63,475 nucleotides of DNA, filler included, from Reticulomyxa filosa (GCA_000512085.1; 11 parts of 11 records of this genome joined end to end with filler, not necessarily neighbours in it); one strand, 5' to 3'. Positions 1 to 13,290 are shown, counted from the first letter of the whole stretch. Notes: generated by a model not told the origin, from the sequence alone. Numbers and translations are program-made.

Positions 1-927
1 GGAAATTTCTATTTTTTTCCAACTTGTTATCTTTTTTTTTAAACTCCGAGTTTCATCCATTTTTTTGTTTTGTTTTGAAAGCACATTTTGTATTTTGTTT
101 TTTAGTTGCAACAAATAAAAGCCAAAACCGACTTGACAATCTTTTTGTTGCTTCATCTGAAACACCGCTTTTTATTGGCGGGACAATACTCAGTTCCACC
201 AAACCTTTCACAAATCCTTCATATGTCACGCTGGTGTCCTCCACAACGTGTTCTACTATTATTTGAAGTTTTGAACTTAACATCATTCAAATGTCTAGGA
301 TTTATTGCAATTTACTCATTATTGATAGAAATTATTACAAAGGAAATCACTAATTCATACTACTGGTCCACTTGCAGAACCATGATGGGGACTTTTTTTT
401 TAGACAGCTGTTCTTGTCGTTGGTAAGCAGAACTAAAGTACAAAAAAATCATGGCCTCATATGCATTTCGGATTTGTTTTTGTTTACTATTATTGGCACT
501 ATAATTAATGTTGCAAAAATGTTAGATTGATGGCTGGAAAATCAGCGGTGCAATTTACAAAATTTTTAGTTTTACAAAGCTTTATTCAATACGTACTTCA
601 TTAAGAAATACTTTCAAAATCTAAAATATGGAAAAATAATAACAACTGAAGTATATTGTTTAAACAAAAAGATCTTGATGCCAATGAATGTTTTGAGTAG
701 TAAAATTTGTGCAAATATTATGAATTTAGTTCAGAGTTGCTACAGCAAGGAAAGTCTCGAAAAGGCTAAATCTCTCCAATCTTTCAAATGACATATAATA
801 TACATACAGATTAAAACATGAAAACAATATTTGGAGATAGCAAACCGCAAACAGTGCGGAAAAGTAAAGTTCAGAAGAGGGGAAATTTTCTTAATTAAAT
901 TTAAGATTTAAAAGCAAAAAAGAACAA

Positions 928-2627
928 ATGCTATATTCACAACGATCACATTGGAGATTTTCAGACAAAGATAAACGTTATTCTGATTCGCTTTTTTGGA
1001 AAATTTGTGGATTGAACATTTGTTTATTCTTGACTTTGGGCGTGGTGTTGTATTTATTTTGGGACTGTTCGAGGGGAGAGATAAAAAACCCGCAAAAAAA
1101 CTGGAAAGAAAGTAATCGAAATGAGAATGTATTAAAAAAATATTTGGCAAATGAATTACCACACTTGAAAGAAAGAGAGATTGCCAGACAGAAAGAGCAA
1201 TCGGAAATGAACAGCAACAGCACAAAAGGTCTATATCACTATATCTTCGATATGAACAAACTACAGACTCTATACAAAGAAAAGTCGGAAATGGGTGGAC
1301 TCTATCCTGATTGGGGAGACAAAGAGACCATTTTTGTCGCTTTGTGCAGCTATCGTGACAACCAATGTAAAAACACGATTATTAATTTATTTGAACAAGC
1401 CAAATATCCTGATCGAATTCGAGTGGGTATTTTTCAACAACATAATTTTTCTGACACCGATTGCATGGACTTTGACAAATTATTAGACTGCGATGTATTG
1501 CCAGGTGTTTTTTTTTTTAAATAATAATAATAATAATAATAATAATGCATGTGCGCAAGTTGCACGTGCAAAATAATATGTACCACCTCTTCTTTTTCCC
1601 ACCCCCCCCATTGTAACGTATGCACGTACGTAGGTGTATGTGTGTATGTGTTTGTATACGTACTTTCATTATGTGTACACAGAAGAGCCATTGCATCCCT
1701 TATGTGGGCGCTCTTGGCAGATACGTATTGATCGCATATCATACGTAGATGCGAAAGGTCCAATGTATGGACGTTATCGTGCGGAACAGTTTTATTCAGG
1801 TGAAGATTATATGTTACAAATTGACGCACATACCTTATTTGTAACCCATTGGGATAATATTGTGATTGACATGATGAAACGAACACAGAATCCGTATGCC
1901 GTTCTCACTACTTATCCAAAAGCCACTGGCACAGATCTATTGCACTGGCGTGCCCCCATTTCTGTCCCCGATGATGGAGTTGTTGCCATTTGTCAAACCA
2001 AACAATTGCCCTCCAGTCATTTCATGTTCAAGCATGAGCGAGGCATTTTCATTATCAATCCTGGCAAACCCGTCTTAACTCCTTTTTTTGCTGCAGGTAC
2101 AGATAACTGCCTCTTTTTTTTTTTTTTCTTTAAAAAAAAAAAAAAAAAAAGAGAAGAGAACATTAAATAATATAGGCTTCAGTTTTTCGCGAGGCCATCG
2201 GATATTAAATGTCCCGGCAGATCCTTATCTGCCTTATTTATTTGACGGAGAAGAAATGCTAATGTCCACACGCTTGTGGACACACGGCTACGATTTATAC
2301 TTGCCCGATAGGGACGTGATTTATCACATTTATGAATCGGATTATCAAAGGCCATTGTTTTGGAACGACGATTGGAGCACTCTCAAACGAAAGGCGGTAT
2401 TGACTGCGCAGAACAGAATCAACTATATCTTGCAGCTGTATGACCGATATCCCCGATATGGGAAGCTTGATTTGCGAGAAATTGAAAAATATTCTCTGGG
2501 CAAGCAAAGAAACATCACTCAGTATTGGAACTGGCTCGGATTTGATTTCGACAAGTTTGAGTCTCTCGACCACTGTGACAACCTAAGACTTGGAAAATTA
2601 CAACGTATTCCAACTGTCAGTGATTAA
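928..2627 (+). CDS. GT60-family UDP-GlcNAc:polypeptide GlcNAc-transferase (Gnt1/Gnt2-like), type II membrane form; 3 exons
   Basis: Motifs TIFVALCSYRD, RIRVGIFQQ, KGPMYGRY, LQIDAH, PFFAAG|FSFSRG, DPYLPYLFDGEE and RLWTHGYD. N-terminal hydrophobic segment ICLFLTLGVVLYLFW. GT-AG introns 1505-1682 and 2097-2175 restore one frame. Confidence 0.88.
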
Positions 2628-3093
2628 ATCAAAAGCTCTGGTTTATAAATTTTTTTTTTTTTTTTTATAAACTAAAGATGGTCGCAGTGTGATCCCAACT
2701 CGTAGCAACTGGTTCACCCTTTTGTATGCTTTTCCCTTTTTGAACTTTGAACTTTAAAAGGAAAAAAACTTGTTTAATAAACCGTGCCACTTTTGGCATA
2801 TAAACACCATCTCACAAAAACTGTGCAAGAAAGAAGAGACACAACTGACACTTGTTTGGTGGATTGTTTGTCATAACAACAATAACAACTTTCAATGTTC
2901 AACTCTTCAAACAAACAAAGAATTTATTTTTTTGTTTTGTTTTGGATTTTTAATTTACGTTTATTTTTATTTTTTGCCAATAAATTAGAACAAAAAAAAT
3001 TTATTATTGTTCCAATGATGGAATGACATCAATAACACCTTCAAACCAAAACAAAACAACATACAAAAAAAAAAAAAAAAAAAAAAAGGGGTC

Positions 3094-3193
3094 NNNNNNN
3101 NNNNNNNNNNNNNNNNNNNNNNNNNNNNNNNNNNNNNTTAATTAATTAANNNNNNNNNNNNNNNNNNNNNNNNNNNNNNNNNNNNNNNNNNNN
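3094..3193. other. Artificial contig spacer (44N-TTAATTAATTAA-44N), first of ten
   Basis: The same spacer occurs at 13338, 20750, 27643, 32381, 34394, 50824, 53256, 56998 and 60001. The 12-mer has stops in all six frames. Confidence 0.98.
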
Positions 3194-4560
3194 GGGAGTG
3201 TGTGTACGAGCGCTTGCTGTCGTTGGCACTGCAGCAAGTGCAGCGACTCGAGCAAGACGAAAGCAAAGAGAGCCGACGGACGACGACGACGACAACGGTA
3301 TTGGTGAATGGTGCGCGGACGAGCAATGGATACATGAGTGACGAGAACACAAATGATGCATTGCAATTGCGAGAGAAGAAAAGTCCGACTCGCAGAAAAA
3401 CAGGATTCAATTTGTTTGGAAAAACCATCGCCCCTCCGTTGTCCACAACGACTGCAGCAACAGCCATGGCAATGAGAATCGAGCCAACGAATAGCATGCA
3501 TCATTACGAAATCGACCAGAGCTTGGCTTCAGCTATGACGACAATGACGACGACGACGATGGCAACAACAGCAACAACAACAACAACAGCAACAACAGCA
3601 ACAACGACAGATGTGAATACGTCAATGGTAAATGTACAGAACAATGAAACAGACAGACCATTGTACGTGCCACAGGGGAAAGCAAATGGCAATATTGCTG
3701 GCGATAATGAAAATGGCGGCGAAAGTGATAATGCGAATGTCATATATCTTCGACCCAATGACAATTGCCAAGTGCGGTGTCGCAATTGGTTTTTCAAAAT
3801 CTCGGCCATTCGCGAGCTGTTGCCTCGACTGCTCGTCGAGCTGTCCTTGTTTCGCTGCACTCGCTTTGTGTACAGTATCGAAGATATCTTCCAGTACATG
3901 GGCTGGCTGGTACAACGCTTGAACGGTGTGTCCGATCCTTTGGCCGCCGCTTATCTTAAAGCCTTTGCTGCCAAACAAATTTTTCAAGTCTTTGGAAACT
4001 TTCACTTTTCTCCTTCTGTCTGTCCAAATGCAAGCGCTAATGCTAATGCGAGTGATGAAACAAATAATCATTCACTCAATGTAATAAATCAAGTGTATTT
4101 ACAACTCCTTCGACACACTTTACAAATGCTTGAACATATGAACGAATCCATGTATCGCGGCATTGATGTCATTACCCAGGGGCTTATGTATAGCGAAGAT
4201 TATTTGAATCTCTTTCGCCCCATGCTTGATATTACTCTCAGCTGCATTGCTTGGAAACAACCCTTTTCTACTCTTGCCGATTTCCAAAAGTTTATCCAAC
4301 TTCATATTCAGTCCAAACTACTTGAACAGATTGATTTGCAAACCTTTTTGACTCGCTTGCAAAATTCCAACGATTCCAATTTCCTTTTTTGTTTGCAGTC
4401 TCATCCCTCCAAACTCCAAAGTCCAAATCAAACACAAAATCAGAGCCAAGGGCAATCTGCTCTTGTTATGCAAGACTTTAATCTCGATCTTGATACTGGT
4501 CCTGATCCTGATCACAATCTTGATGCTTTGAACCAGCCACAAATCATTCAACACAATTAA
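3194..4560 (+). CDS. VPS35L: VPS35L (C16orf62)/Retriever subunit-like fragment, 5' truncated by spacer
   Basis: VYERL...CRNWFFKISAIRELLPRLLVELSLFRC, RLNGVSDPLAAAYLKAF and YLNLFRPMLD match recalled VPS35L core motifs (NWFFKIASIRELIPR, RGIGDPL). Long Thr/Asn-rich insertion after VYERL. Confidence 0.75.
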
Positions 4561-4969
4561 TCCTTTTTTTTTTTTTGAAATACTTTTTTGTATTTATTTT
4601 TATAATTATCTTTTTTTTTTTAGTCAAAATGGCCGAATAAATACATTCGTTTTTTTTTTCCCTCAACCGTCATTTAAGCGTGACCAAAGCAAATGTGTTA
4701 ATGATTATAATACTGTAAAGTCTTTGAAGATGTCAAACTTTAATATGAAACCACACATACTTTTTGAATGTTTTTCGAAAGGGTTTGCGGGGGTGCAAAT
4801 TTGATATGCTTTTGGGGGGGATATCACGTAACTTTTAAAAAAATATATATCATTGTACGGATCAAAATAAGTTTAATCAAACAGATTTGGCACAAATTGT
4901 GCAAGGAGTTAGCAATAAAACAGAAAGGCTATGAAGAAGGGGGAAAAAAAAATAATAATGTGACCCAAT

Positions 4970-5981
4970 TCAAAGTTTGGACGGAGTGCTTTTCATTTTA
5001 GTAATGTTTTGCTGGATCTGTTGAGCAGTAGGAATAAAAACAAACTCTTTCAAAGAAGCGCGGTCAGTCTTCAAGGAATTGACGGGCTTGTCCGGGTCAG
5101 CATAGCCAATGGACATGCCACAGAAGACCAACTCATTGTCAGGAATATTCAACAATTGTTTCAAAACACCAGAAAATAGTGCCCATGATTCTATTGCAAA
5201 AAAAAAAAAAAAACATTACACAAAACACATAACAAAAAGTACTTCAAAAAAAATAAGCTAAGCAAAGATCTAACCTTGGGAACAAGTGTTGAGACCATAC
5301 TCATGACACAACAACATGATGGTCTGCATAAAAATGCCCAAATCAGCAAATTGACCAACTTGCATTTGCTTGTCAATTGTAAAGATCAGTCCTAAGATTG
5401 CAGTCCAATTACAAACCAGTTTGAGAGTCACAAACAAGTATACGTTATATTGCATATGCATATGCTATGTACACATATAAGACACAAATAAGAGAAAGCA
5501 GTCACCCAAAGGGGCGCCAAAGAAAGTCCAATTTTTATTGACATGTTGAAGTTTAGCCATTCTATCGTTTCTTGCAATTCCCAATAATCCATACATTTTA
5601 TTGTTGCAATCCTCTCGCCTCTTTTCATAGACTGGCATTTTTTTTATAGTTGGAGGATAAATATGATATTCGGATCCTGTTGGAAGTTTCCCTTTTGAAA
5701 GGTACTCTTCAATGTACTTCACCAACATATCTCTTGTCTCGTCAATTACAATGTAGACATTCCACGGTTGCAAATTGCCGCCTTGTTTTGGTTCATGTAT
5801 GATGTGTGTTGTTGGATCCTTACACTGGCAATTTTGTCATTATTCTCACAGATATCACACAGCAGAAACCTGAAGGAGCGCATTTTGCTTTGTCGAGGAT
5901 TTCCAAAATTAATGATTGTGGCACTTTTCGTGGAAGAAAATGGCGAGTGGAATTCCGAGATGCTACTGCTTGCGAGATCAT
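4970..5981 (-). CDS. Nitroreductase-family FMN oxidoreductase, 4 exons, C-terminal PTS1 (SKL)
   Basis: SRNSTRHF, APSG|GNLQPW (intron 5782-5869), FFGAP, DLGIFMQTIMLL...GLNTCSQ and CGMSIGYAD. Ends ...STPSKL-stop. Start at ATG 5981 is tentative. Confidence 0.88.
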
Positions 5982-6694
5982 ATTGGACGTAATTTTATAA
6001 TTGGCTCCTTTTTTGTCTTCACAAAACACGCGTAGGGCTGTCCTGTTGGTTTCAAGTGCAATGCATCGTCTAAAGGAACTTTGGGTCAATGTAAATAAAA
6101 CAAATAATGACTTTATTTATTTAATACAATAAAAAACTATATAGTTTTGCCATTTTTTTCCTCGAATAGTACTATTTAATACACAGAATTATCGAAATGA
6201 GTTTACAAAACGTATCAACGAAGGAAAGGCATTATCTTATTGTTAAATTTTGTAAAATACAAATGTCAAAAGCAAAAACAAGCTGCATTCAATTATATGA
6301 CAAATGAAATTTCTGAAGATTGAATAAATTCTGGGTAGTTCGAATATTAAATAAGACTAGAAAAAAAAGTCAACAAATAAATAATAAAATAGTTCAGCCT
6401 CTTCATAATAAGCGACTGCCAAGCTCAGACTTACATTTAACTTCAAAATTATCAACAAAAGTGATTAGACGTCAATGCTAACCAAATATACCCAACCCAA
6501 GAAACAAATAGATACATGTGAACAATAAAACATGACATTGAACACAAATTATATTTTGTAGAATTTTTTCAAAGTAAAGAAATCATTTGAACTGGCAAAA
6601 CAAAGGTTATTTGAAAAATCAAAACATTATTTCAATTAGAAAATTGAAAATAAAGAAATACAATTAAAAATATTCGTCCAAGACCATTTATTAC

Positions 6695-7553
6695 ATGACA
6701 TTAAATTGGTGGAACCTATTAATCTCAATTCCATCCGAACACATTGGAACACGCTTTTGGGATTATCACATGTACGGAGGGAACCAATATTGTGGAAATA
6801 GCGATGAAGAAGGAAGAATTGTAATGTATGGTATTGAATTATCAACATTTAATGGTGGTCGATATTTATGTTCTGAGTCTGGTGATTATACTATTCGTTT
6901 ATGGGATGTTGAAATATCGAAGTTATTGCGCGTTTTTAATGGACATACGCATTATGTTTGGTGTGTTGATATTTCACCATTTCGAAGCAATAAGGATAGA
7001 AAGAAGAATAATAAAAGTAATAATACTGGTATTATTGGTGGTAATGGATATACCATTTGTTCTGGATCATGTGATAACACCGTTCGTATATGAGATATTG
7101 AAAAAACTAAACAATTTATTGTATTCAAAGTTCATTGAACATTGGGTTACGACTGTAAAATATGGATCAAATGAATTAGGAAATGTTGGTGCAAATACAA
7201 TATTGTCTGGTTCATATGATAAAAAGGTTCGTTTGTTAGATATTCGGTCTGGTGAACAAATTCAAATGTTCAGTGGGCATACAAAAGCTGTGACATGTGT
7301 TGAATGTTCACCATTTGAAGTAAACAGTAGTTGTGGTCCAAATGTGATATGTTCTGGATCAAATGATAATACAATTCGTTTTTGGGATATTCGATCAAAT
7401 AAGAAGGAATTGTATGTTGTCAAAGGTGGTGAAGATAAAGATGAAGGCATAACATGTCTTAAATTAGTATCATTGGAAAAAAAACAAGATAATTATTGTG
7501 ATGTTCGTTTATGTTGTGGACATCACTGTGGTTCTATTCGTATTTTGGAATAA
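6695..7553 (+). pseudogene. WD40-repeat protein of the Reticulomyxa-type expanded family, disrupted
   Basis: Repeats GHT...CSGSxDNTIRxWDIRS. An in-frame TGA at 7091-7093 replaces the W of WD, and there is a frameshift near 7136. Confidence 0.8.
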
Positions 7554-7946
7554 ACAAAAATCAAGTTTTTTGATCTTATCAAATGAAATGTAATGGACAC
7601 ACTTTTGTTTTGATTTCTATGCTCTAGTTTATCTTTTTAAAATTTGGAGTGTTGTTTGATTTTTTCTTTGCGGCGATTTGTCTTTTAGTGAAAAAAGAAG
7701 AATGTTCTATCTATTTCATCAAAAACTCTTTGAACTTGAAAGTAAAAATATTTCTTTTAAATGCTCATCTTTTGTCTTGCACCACGTTTATCTAAAAGAA
7801 AAGGGAAATTGAAAGCATCTTCCCATTGTAAAATAACCCATCTTCCTAAACAGTAACATACTCAAAGTGACCCAACAAAGTAGTATTTTTGAGGCTAATA
7901 TTGCAGTGACAAAGTTATAAGTTTTGGTTGATTTTTTCAAAACGAG

Positions 7947-9592
7947 TCAAGTTTCAGTGAAGTTGACAAAATCTTCAAAAAAAGAGTTGAACACAATTTC
8001 TCTATGTTGTTCAAATAATTTCGATATAGACTCCAGGCCATCACTACGTGATTGGCGAAGTGAGTCCTGGATATATTCTTTCCACCTTTCAACCACAAAA
8101 ATGCGGTTTGCTTTATGACTCCACATTTGATCATCAGTAGGTTGGATGTTGGCGTACATACGTTTGATACAGCTCAAAGTGACTCCAAACAACTTTTGCC
8201 AGACAAGCCTAGTGGTCCAATCGTTTAGAATTTGACTGATATCCATTTCATCTGTGGCAAAGCAATTAATTTGGGAATTACTGAATGTGAAGTAACCACC
8301 AAGCAAGCAATCTCCAATAAACAAGGTAGCAAAGTTTCAACATCGCTCCATGACATGATATTTTGGCTTGGATTTCTTCCAAGGATACCATGCATCACAC
8401 ATTGCAATAAGACTCCATCTTTCATATGGAATTTTTCTCGCCACTCAATTTCAGAGTGTAACGGACTCTTAAAAAATACGTCATAATATACGGCCATTTC
8501 CAGACAGTCTTTCATCGTAATTATTCCATTCATTCCATTCCAAGCTTTCCACAGTTGATATCGCTCACACAATTCTAATATTTCCACTACCATGGAGTAC
8601 TTCCATTTGTCAATGTCTCCGACTATTACCATCCACTTATCCCAGCCACTCGAGCGAAATACACTGACCATGCAAAGAAACAACAAGTACTCGACTAAAA
8701 ATATTCCATCCTCAAACTTTGGAGTGCCCTTCTCGACTTTGCATGTGGAGCCATCTTTGATACCTGGACGCTGCACCCCGTGTACATTCGCCTTTTTCAT
8801 CCGTACTCGGAGTTCCCTTACTGTGCACAGAATAAATGCATGTTCTCGACCACTGTTTCAGTATTCTCGTCCTCAACAACAACAACAAAACTGTTCATTT
8901 TTGGTTTGTTCGTTTTGGACTTTTTTTTTTTTTGAGCAAATTGAAACAAAATAAAAATGAGCAATATATATGTACGTATACATAATGCAAATAGTTTGGC
9001 ACAAAACTCTGCGATCTCACAGCAGTCAGTAGCACAATCATGAAGTACTTTGCCCAACGGCAATACCATGCTTTTGGGTTGATGTTGCACAGCAAACTCA
9101 GTTGTCGCAGATACTCCTTTATACAGCCACACATGAGTATTTTTTCCAATGCAATGCTCCACTTTGGACAGACGGGCCCATCCGCACACTTGCCCTTGTG
9201 AATCCATGTTTTAAGGTTTGGGATAACAATGCACTGATTCACTATCTCCGGTAAGTTCGTGTACAAGCGAGTTATATGCTTATGCAACTGTGTGTTCGTG
9301 TCGAAATATACGTCGTATATTTCGCTGAGATGATGCAAATAGTTGAAATTGTATTTAAGCAATGGAAAAAATATTGATTTGGAGGTATTTGCCTTCAACA
9401 GCGAATAATGGTACTTGCTTATCCGAGATATTTGAACCACTGTCCGCACGTCCAACCAACCACACAATACCAATAGGTACTGAGTGACAACAGGTTATGA
9501 GCCAATGGCTGAATATACCTCAGTTTTTTTGACCAGGATAATGTTATCTCATCAGAATCTGGTCGTTTGCGTTTACGATTATTTGAATCCAT
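7947..9592 (-). CDS. Hypothetical multi-exon protein with a possible N-terminal F-box-like segment
   Basis: Stacked minus-strand ORFs 8895-9473, 8225-8800 and 7947-8324. ATG 9592 gives MDSNNRKRKRP (NLS-like). LCGWLDVRTVVQISRISKYHY loosely resembles an F-box. Frames join only with indels. Confidence 0.35.
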
Positions 9593-9945
9593 GACAAGAA
9601 CGTTATAGATTTATTATAAAAATGAGATATCCTTTCGAGAAACAGTTACTCCGCTTTTGTTTCGAAGAGAGAACGTAAAACCCTAAGAACTGATCAAAAT
9701 GAGGGGGGTAAGTTGATTTGGTGACACAAAGTGAGTTCCTCTAAACTGTATTTCTTAATGGTATATCGTAAAAGATTTTAATCAATAGTTTTTTTTTACA
9801 TTTTTTTTTGTTGGTGATGTTGAAAAGCAAACGAAACAATAACATAAGTCAACAAAAGTACGAAGGTTAGCAGCAATGAACAGAGGTTCACGTATCATTA
9901 CTGTTGCTAAAGTTGCATGATGAGGGGGAAGGAGAGGGAAAAAAA

Positions 9946-12900
9946 TCAAGAATTGGGCATAGCTTGCAAAGAACACTCTCCCAACAAAAAGTCTTGCCTC
10001 GGTGGCAACAGTGATTTATTGTTTTTGTCGACGTCTCTCAGAATCGTACAACATCCAGTGCCAATGGGGATAGGTTTGCCAACAATGATAGAGTCACTGA
10101 TTCCCTTGACTCGGTTGCTTTCATTGAAGACAGCGGCAGCAAACAAATGTTTCAGCGTATCTTCAAAGGAAGCCCTTGCCAGCACACTCGCTCCCTCTTT
10201 GCCAAGACCATGTCGAGTGAATCCGAGCACTCGTCCAGTGTTAGTCATCACATCGCTGACAAGCATCAAATGTCGTGAATCAACAGACAGACCATGAGAT
10301 TTGTAGGTGGCAAATAGTTCCTCTTCGATCACCCGACACGCCGCTTCAATCCCTAACACCTCGCACACTTCCATTATATTGTTACACTTGCTTTTGGTGA
10401 AGTCGATTCCCGGTGTCGACAATACCTCTAACAGCCCAGTTCCTTCGATCAGTAGCTCATACTTGTAAGGATTTTTTTCGTCTTTTTCCACCTTTTCTTT
10501 TTTGATCACCGCCCTGCGAATCGAAGGCAATCCACACATGACAACGTCCTGGACGCTGAGACAGAGATGATGCAATATTAACGATTGCTGTGCATCCTTC
10601 AAGCTGTTATCACATTGTTATGATTATTGATTTGTTTAAACATAGCAATAGTAATAATAAATAAATAAATAAATAAATATATGTATATATGCATATGTAT
10701 ATGTATATATTATAATATTTAAAGATAATTAAAAACTGAGCGTTATCAGGAGGGAAAATTCGAATAATGTTCGTGCTATTTTTTTTTTTATTGATGACGA
10801 TATCGGAAGAAGAGATGCCTTTGAGAGCTAATTTTTTGAGCAGCTTTTTTTTGGACTCCCTGAGGGTTCGCACGATGGTAGAGATGGACATTCCTAAGCG
10901 TAGCCGTTGAATGAGCTGCGAGTCCAATTCGATTTCGATATAGTAGCGTGTCGGCGTGAGCACCTGATGAATGGAGGAGCAAATGGAGCCCAGAGTGGTG
11001 ATGTCGATAAGTCCTTTGACGCGTTTGGCCTCGCTTTCGCTAAACTCCTGTTCCAGCTTGCAGCGAATGATGGGTGTCTTCATGTTGCTGGTGGCATTGA
11101 TAATTTCCTTGATGCGAGGGACCCCCTGCGTAATGTTCATGGACGCGACCCCTGCAAAGTGGAATGTCTTCAGCGTCATTTGCGTGGCGGGTTCGCCCAT
11201 GGACGTGGCAGCCATGGCGCCAGCCGCACTGCCAGGCTCCATGATGCAGGACAAGTATTTATCGAAGCAGCGTCGAATAAAGGCATCAAACTGGGTCTCC
11301 GTCAGTCCATACACCTGATTATACCACATCGGATCTTGCGCTTCCACCACCTCATTATTGGCTTTGCACCATTTCGTCAGCCATCGCTGCAGTTTCGTGT
11401 CCAAATTTTCCAATTGCCATAGCAATGGCGACAACCGATGTTCTTCGCGAATGGCATTCGATAGCACCGAATATCGTGCAAGACAATCTTTGGGTAGTAT
11501 CATGTCATCATTACTATCACTTTTTTTTTTTTTTCCTTCTTCTTCTTTGTCAGATTGTTTGTGTTCATTGATCGACGACAACGAATTCTTATCGGCCTTA
11601 GTGTTGATCCATTCTTGCTCAAAGTTGACAATGTCCATGTCGCTTTCCACATGCATGGGGTCAATCCCATCATGCCCAAATGTGAACTGCAAAACGGTGT
11701 TGGAACAATTTCGCACCGAGTAATCGTAGGCGATTTGGACCTCTTCGATGTTTTTCATGAGCCGTCGCTGCATGTAACCTGTGTCAGCCGTCTTGACTGC
11801 GGTGTCGACCAAGCCTTCTCTACCACCCATGGTGTGGAAAAAAAACTCGGTGGCTTTAAGGCCGGAGAAAAAAGAATTGGCAACAAAGCCTTTTGCTTCG
11901 GCGCTGCGATCGTTACGCTTGAAATGTGGCAACGTGCGACAGCCTTCAATCTGTTCCAAGACGCGAGACCCACCCACCGTCTGCTGTCCCACACAAGCGA
12001 TCATTTGTGCAATGTTGATTTTACTGCCTTTGCTTCCACATATGGCCATAATCAAAGGGGAATTGAAGTCGTACGGCAACATGTCCATGCATGCCTTGCC
12101 ACAGTCTTCGCGGATTTGCGACAGACGCTTGTTCATCTCCGACTCCAATGTCTCCATCAACGTGCAGCCCGGCAAGGGCTGCAACGTGCCGCTTTCGTAC
12201 GTGCGCAAGTACCCGTTGCACTCTTCATAGCCTTCATGCACCAACTGGTTTTTGTACTTTTTCAGCTCTTCCGTCGGCATCACGTCGCTGATACCGATGC
12301 TGAAGCCGTTGATCTGCAAGAAACGCAGCGCCAGCTTTGCCAGGCGACCCATCACCAGCGCGGCGTAGTACTCGCCCCAGTCGTGCAACACGCGAAAGAT
12401 CATCCCTTTTTTCATTGGACCCAACACACCCTTGCATACATTCCCACACATCAACTCGCTGTCGTGAATCACCACGTATCCATCCTGCCAATCCATTGGA
12501 TGCTCCATCACGCAGTTCCTTGCCGGCGTCGACAAGTTCAGTCGCATCTTCTCTTTCGAGCGTTTATCGTAGAACTGCAGTACCATGCTGAAAGCCTTAT
12601 ATTTTTTTCGTTTGTTTGTTTAAAAAAAAAAAATAAAAAATCATTCCTTGTTTTTTTTAATGAGCACTTTGTTTGTTGTTTCGGAAAAAAGTCGATATCA
12701 TATAATATATATATTACATATATAATATATATATATATATATTATATGACACCAACTTGTTTACCAGTCCATAATTGGATAGGCTTGAGGATAGCTGGAG
12801 GTGGCAATTGCAGATATTCGATAATACCATCCTTGGTGTTTGCTCCGGACATATATTGGGCCAGTTGTGCCATTTGATGGCGATTAAGAAAACGGTCTTT

Positions 12901-13290
12901 TTTTGTTAGTATGTAGCTCCCTGTGAGCATGTCTTGCATCGGCACCACCAAGGGCTCGCTCGACTTGGGCGACGCAAAGTTGTACTTCACGTTCATCATC
13001 TCTTGCGCTTCGGCGCGTGCCATCAGCGTTTGTGGTAAGTGGATGTTCATTTCGTCACCGTCAAAATCGGCGTTGTATGGACTGCACACGCAAGGATTAA
13101 AGCGCAGCGTCCGAAAGGGGACGATCTTGGCGCGGTGGGACATGATCGACACACGATGCAGCGACGGTTGACGATTGAACAGCACCACGTCATTGTCTAG
13201 CAAATGTCTTTCCACAATGTCCCCGTAGCACAAGTTCTGTGCTGCTTCTTCGCACGAGGTAAATAGTAAGTTTTTTTTATATCTGCACCA
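9946..13290 (-). CDS. RPC1: DNA-directed RNA polymerase III largest subunit, 5' truncated by spacer
   Basis: LFNRQPSLHRVSIM, catalytic YNADFDGDEMN, GREGLVDTAVKTA, EPATQMTLKTFHFAG. Pol III-type NPCVCSPYN and C-terminal VLGFTRHG...ASFE...IGTG. Introns near 10607-10737 and 12596-12755. Confidence 0.93.

Noticed and set aside
1-470. Short overlapping ORFs at the window start
   Set aside because: No recognisable motif or consistent exon structure.
7091-7093. TGA at Trp positions in the WD40 copies suggesting an alternative genetic code
   Set aside because: Intact genes use TGG for Trp and TGA as a true stop (nitroreductase, rhaM, RPC1). The WD40 copies also carry other lesions.
10907-12877. Long plus-strand ORFs (440, 171 and 149 aa) opposite RPC1
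   Set aside because: Antisense shadows of a GC-richer conserved exon with no protein motifs. The same applies to ORFs opposite GFAT, CSE1 and the Munc13-like genes.
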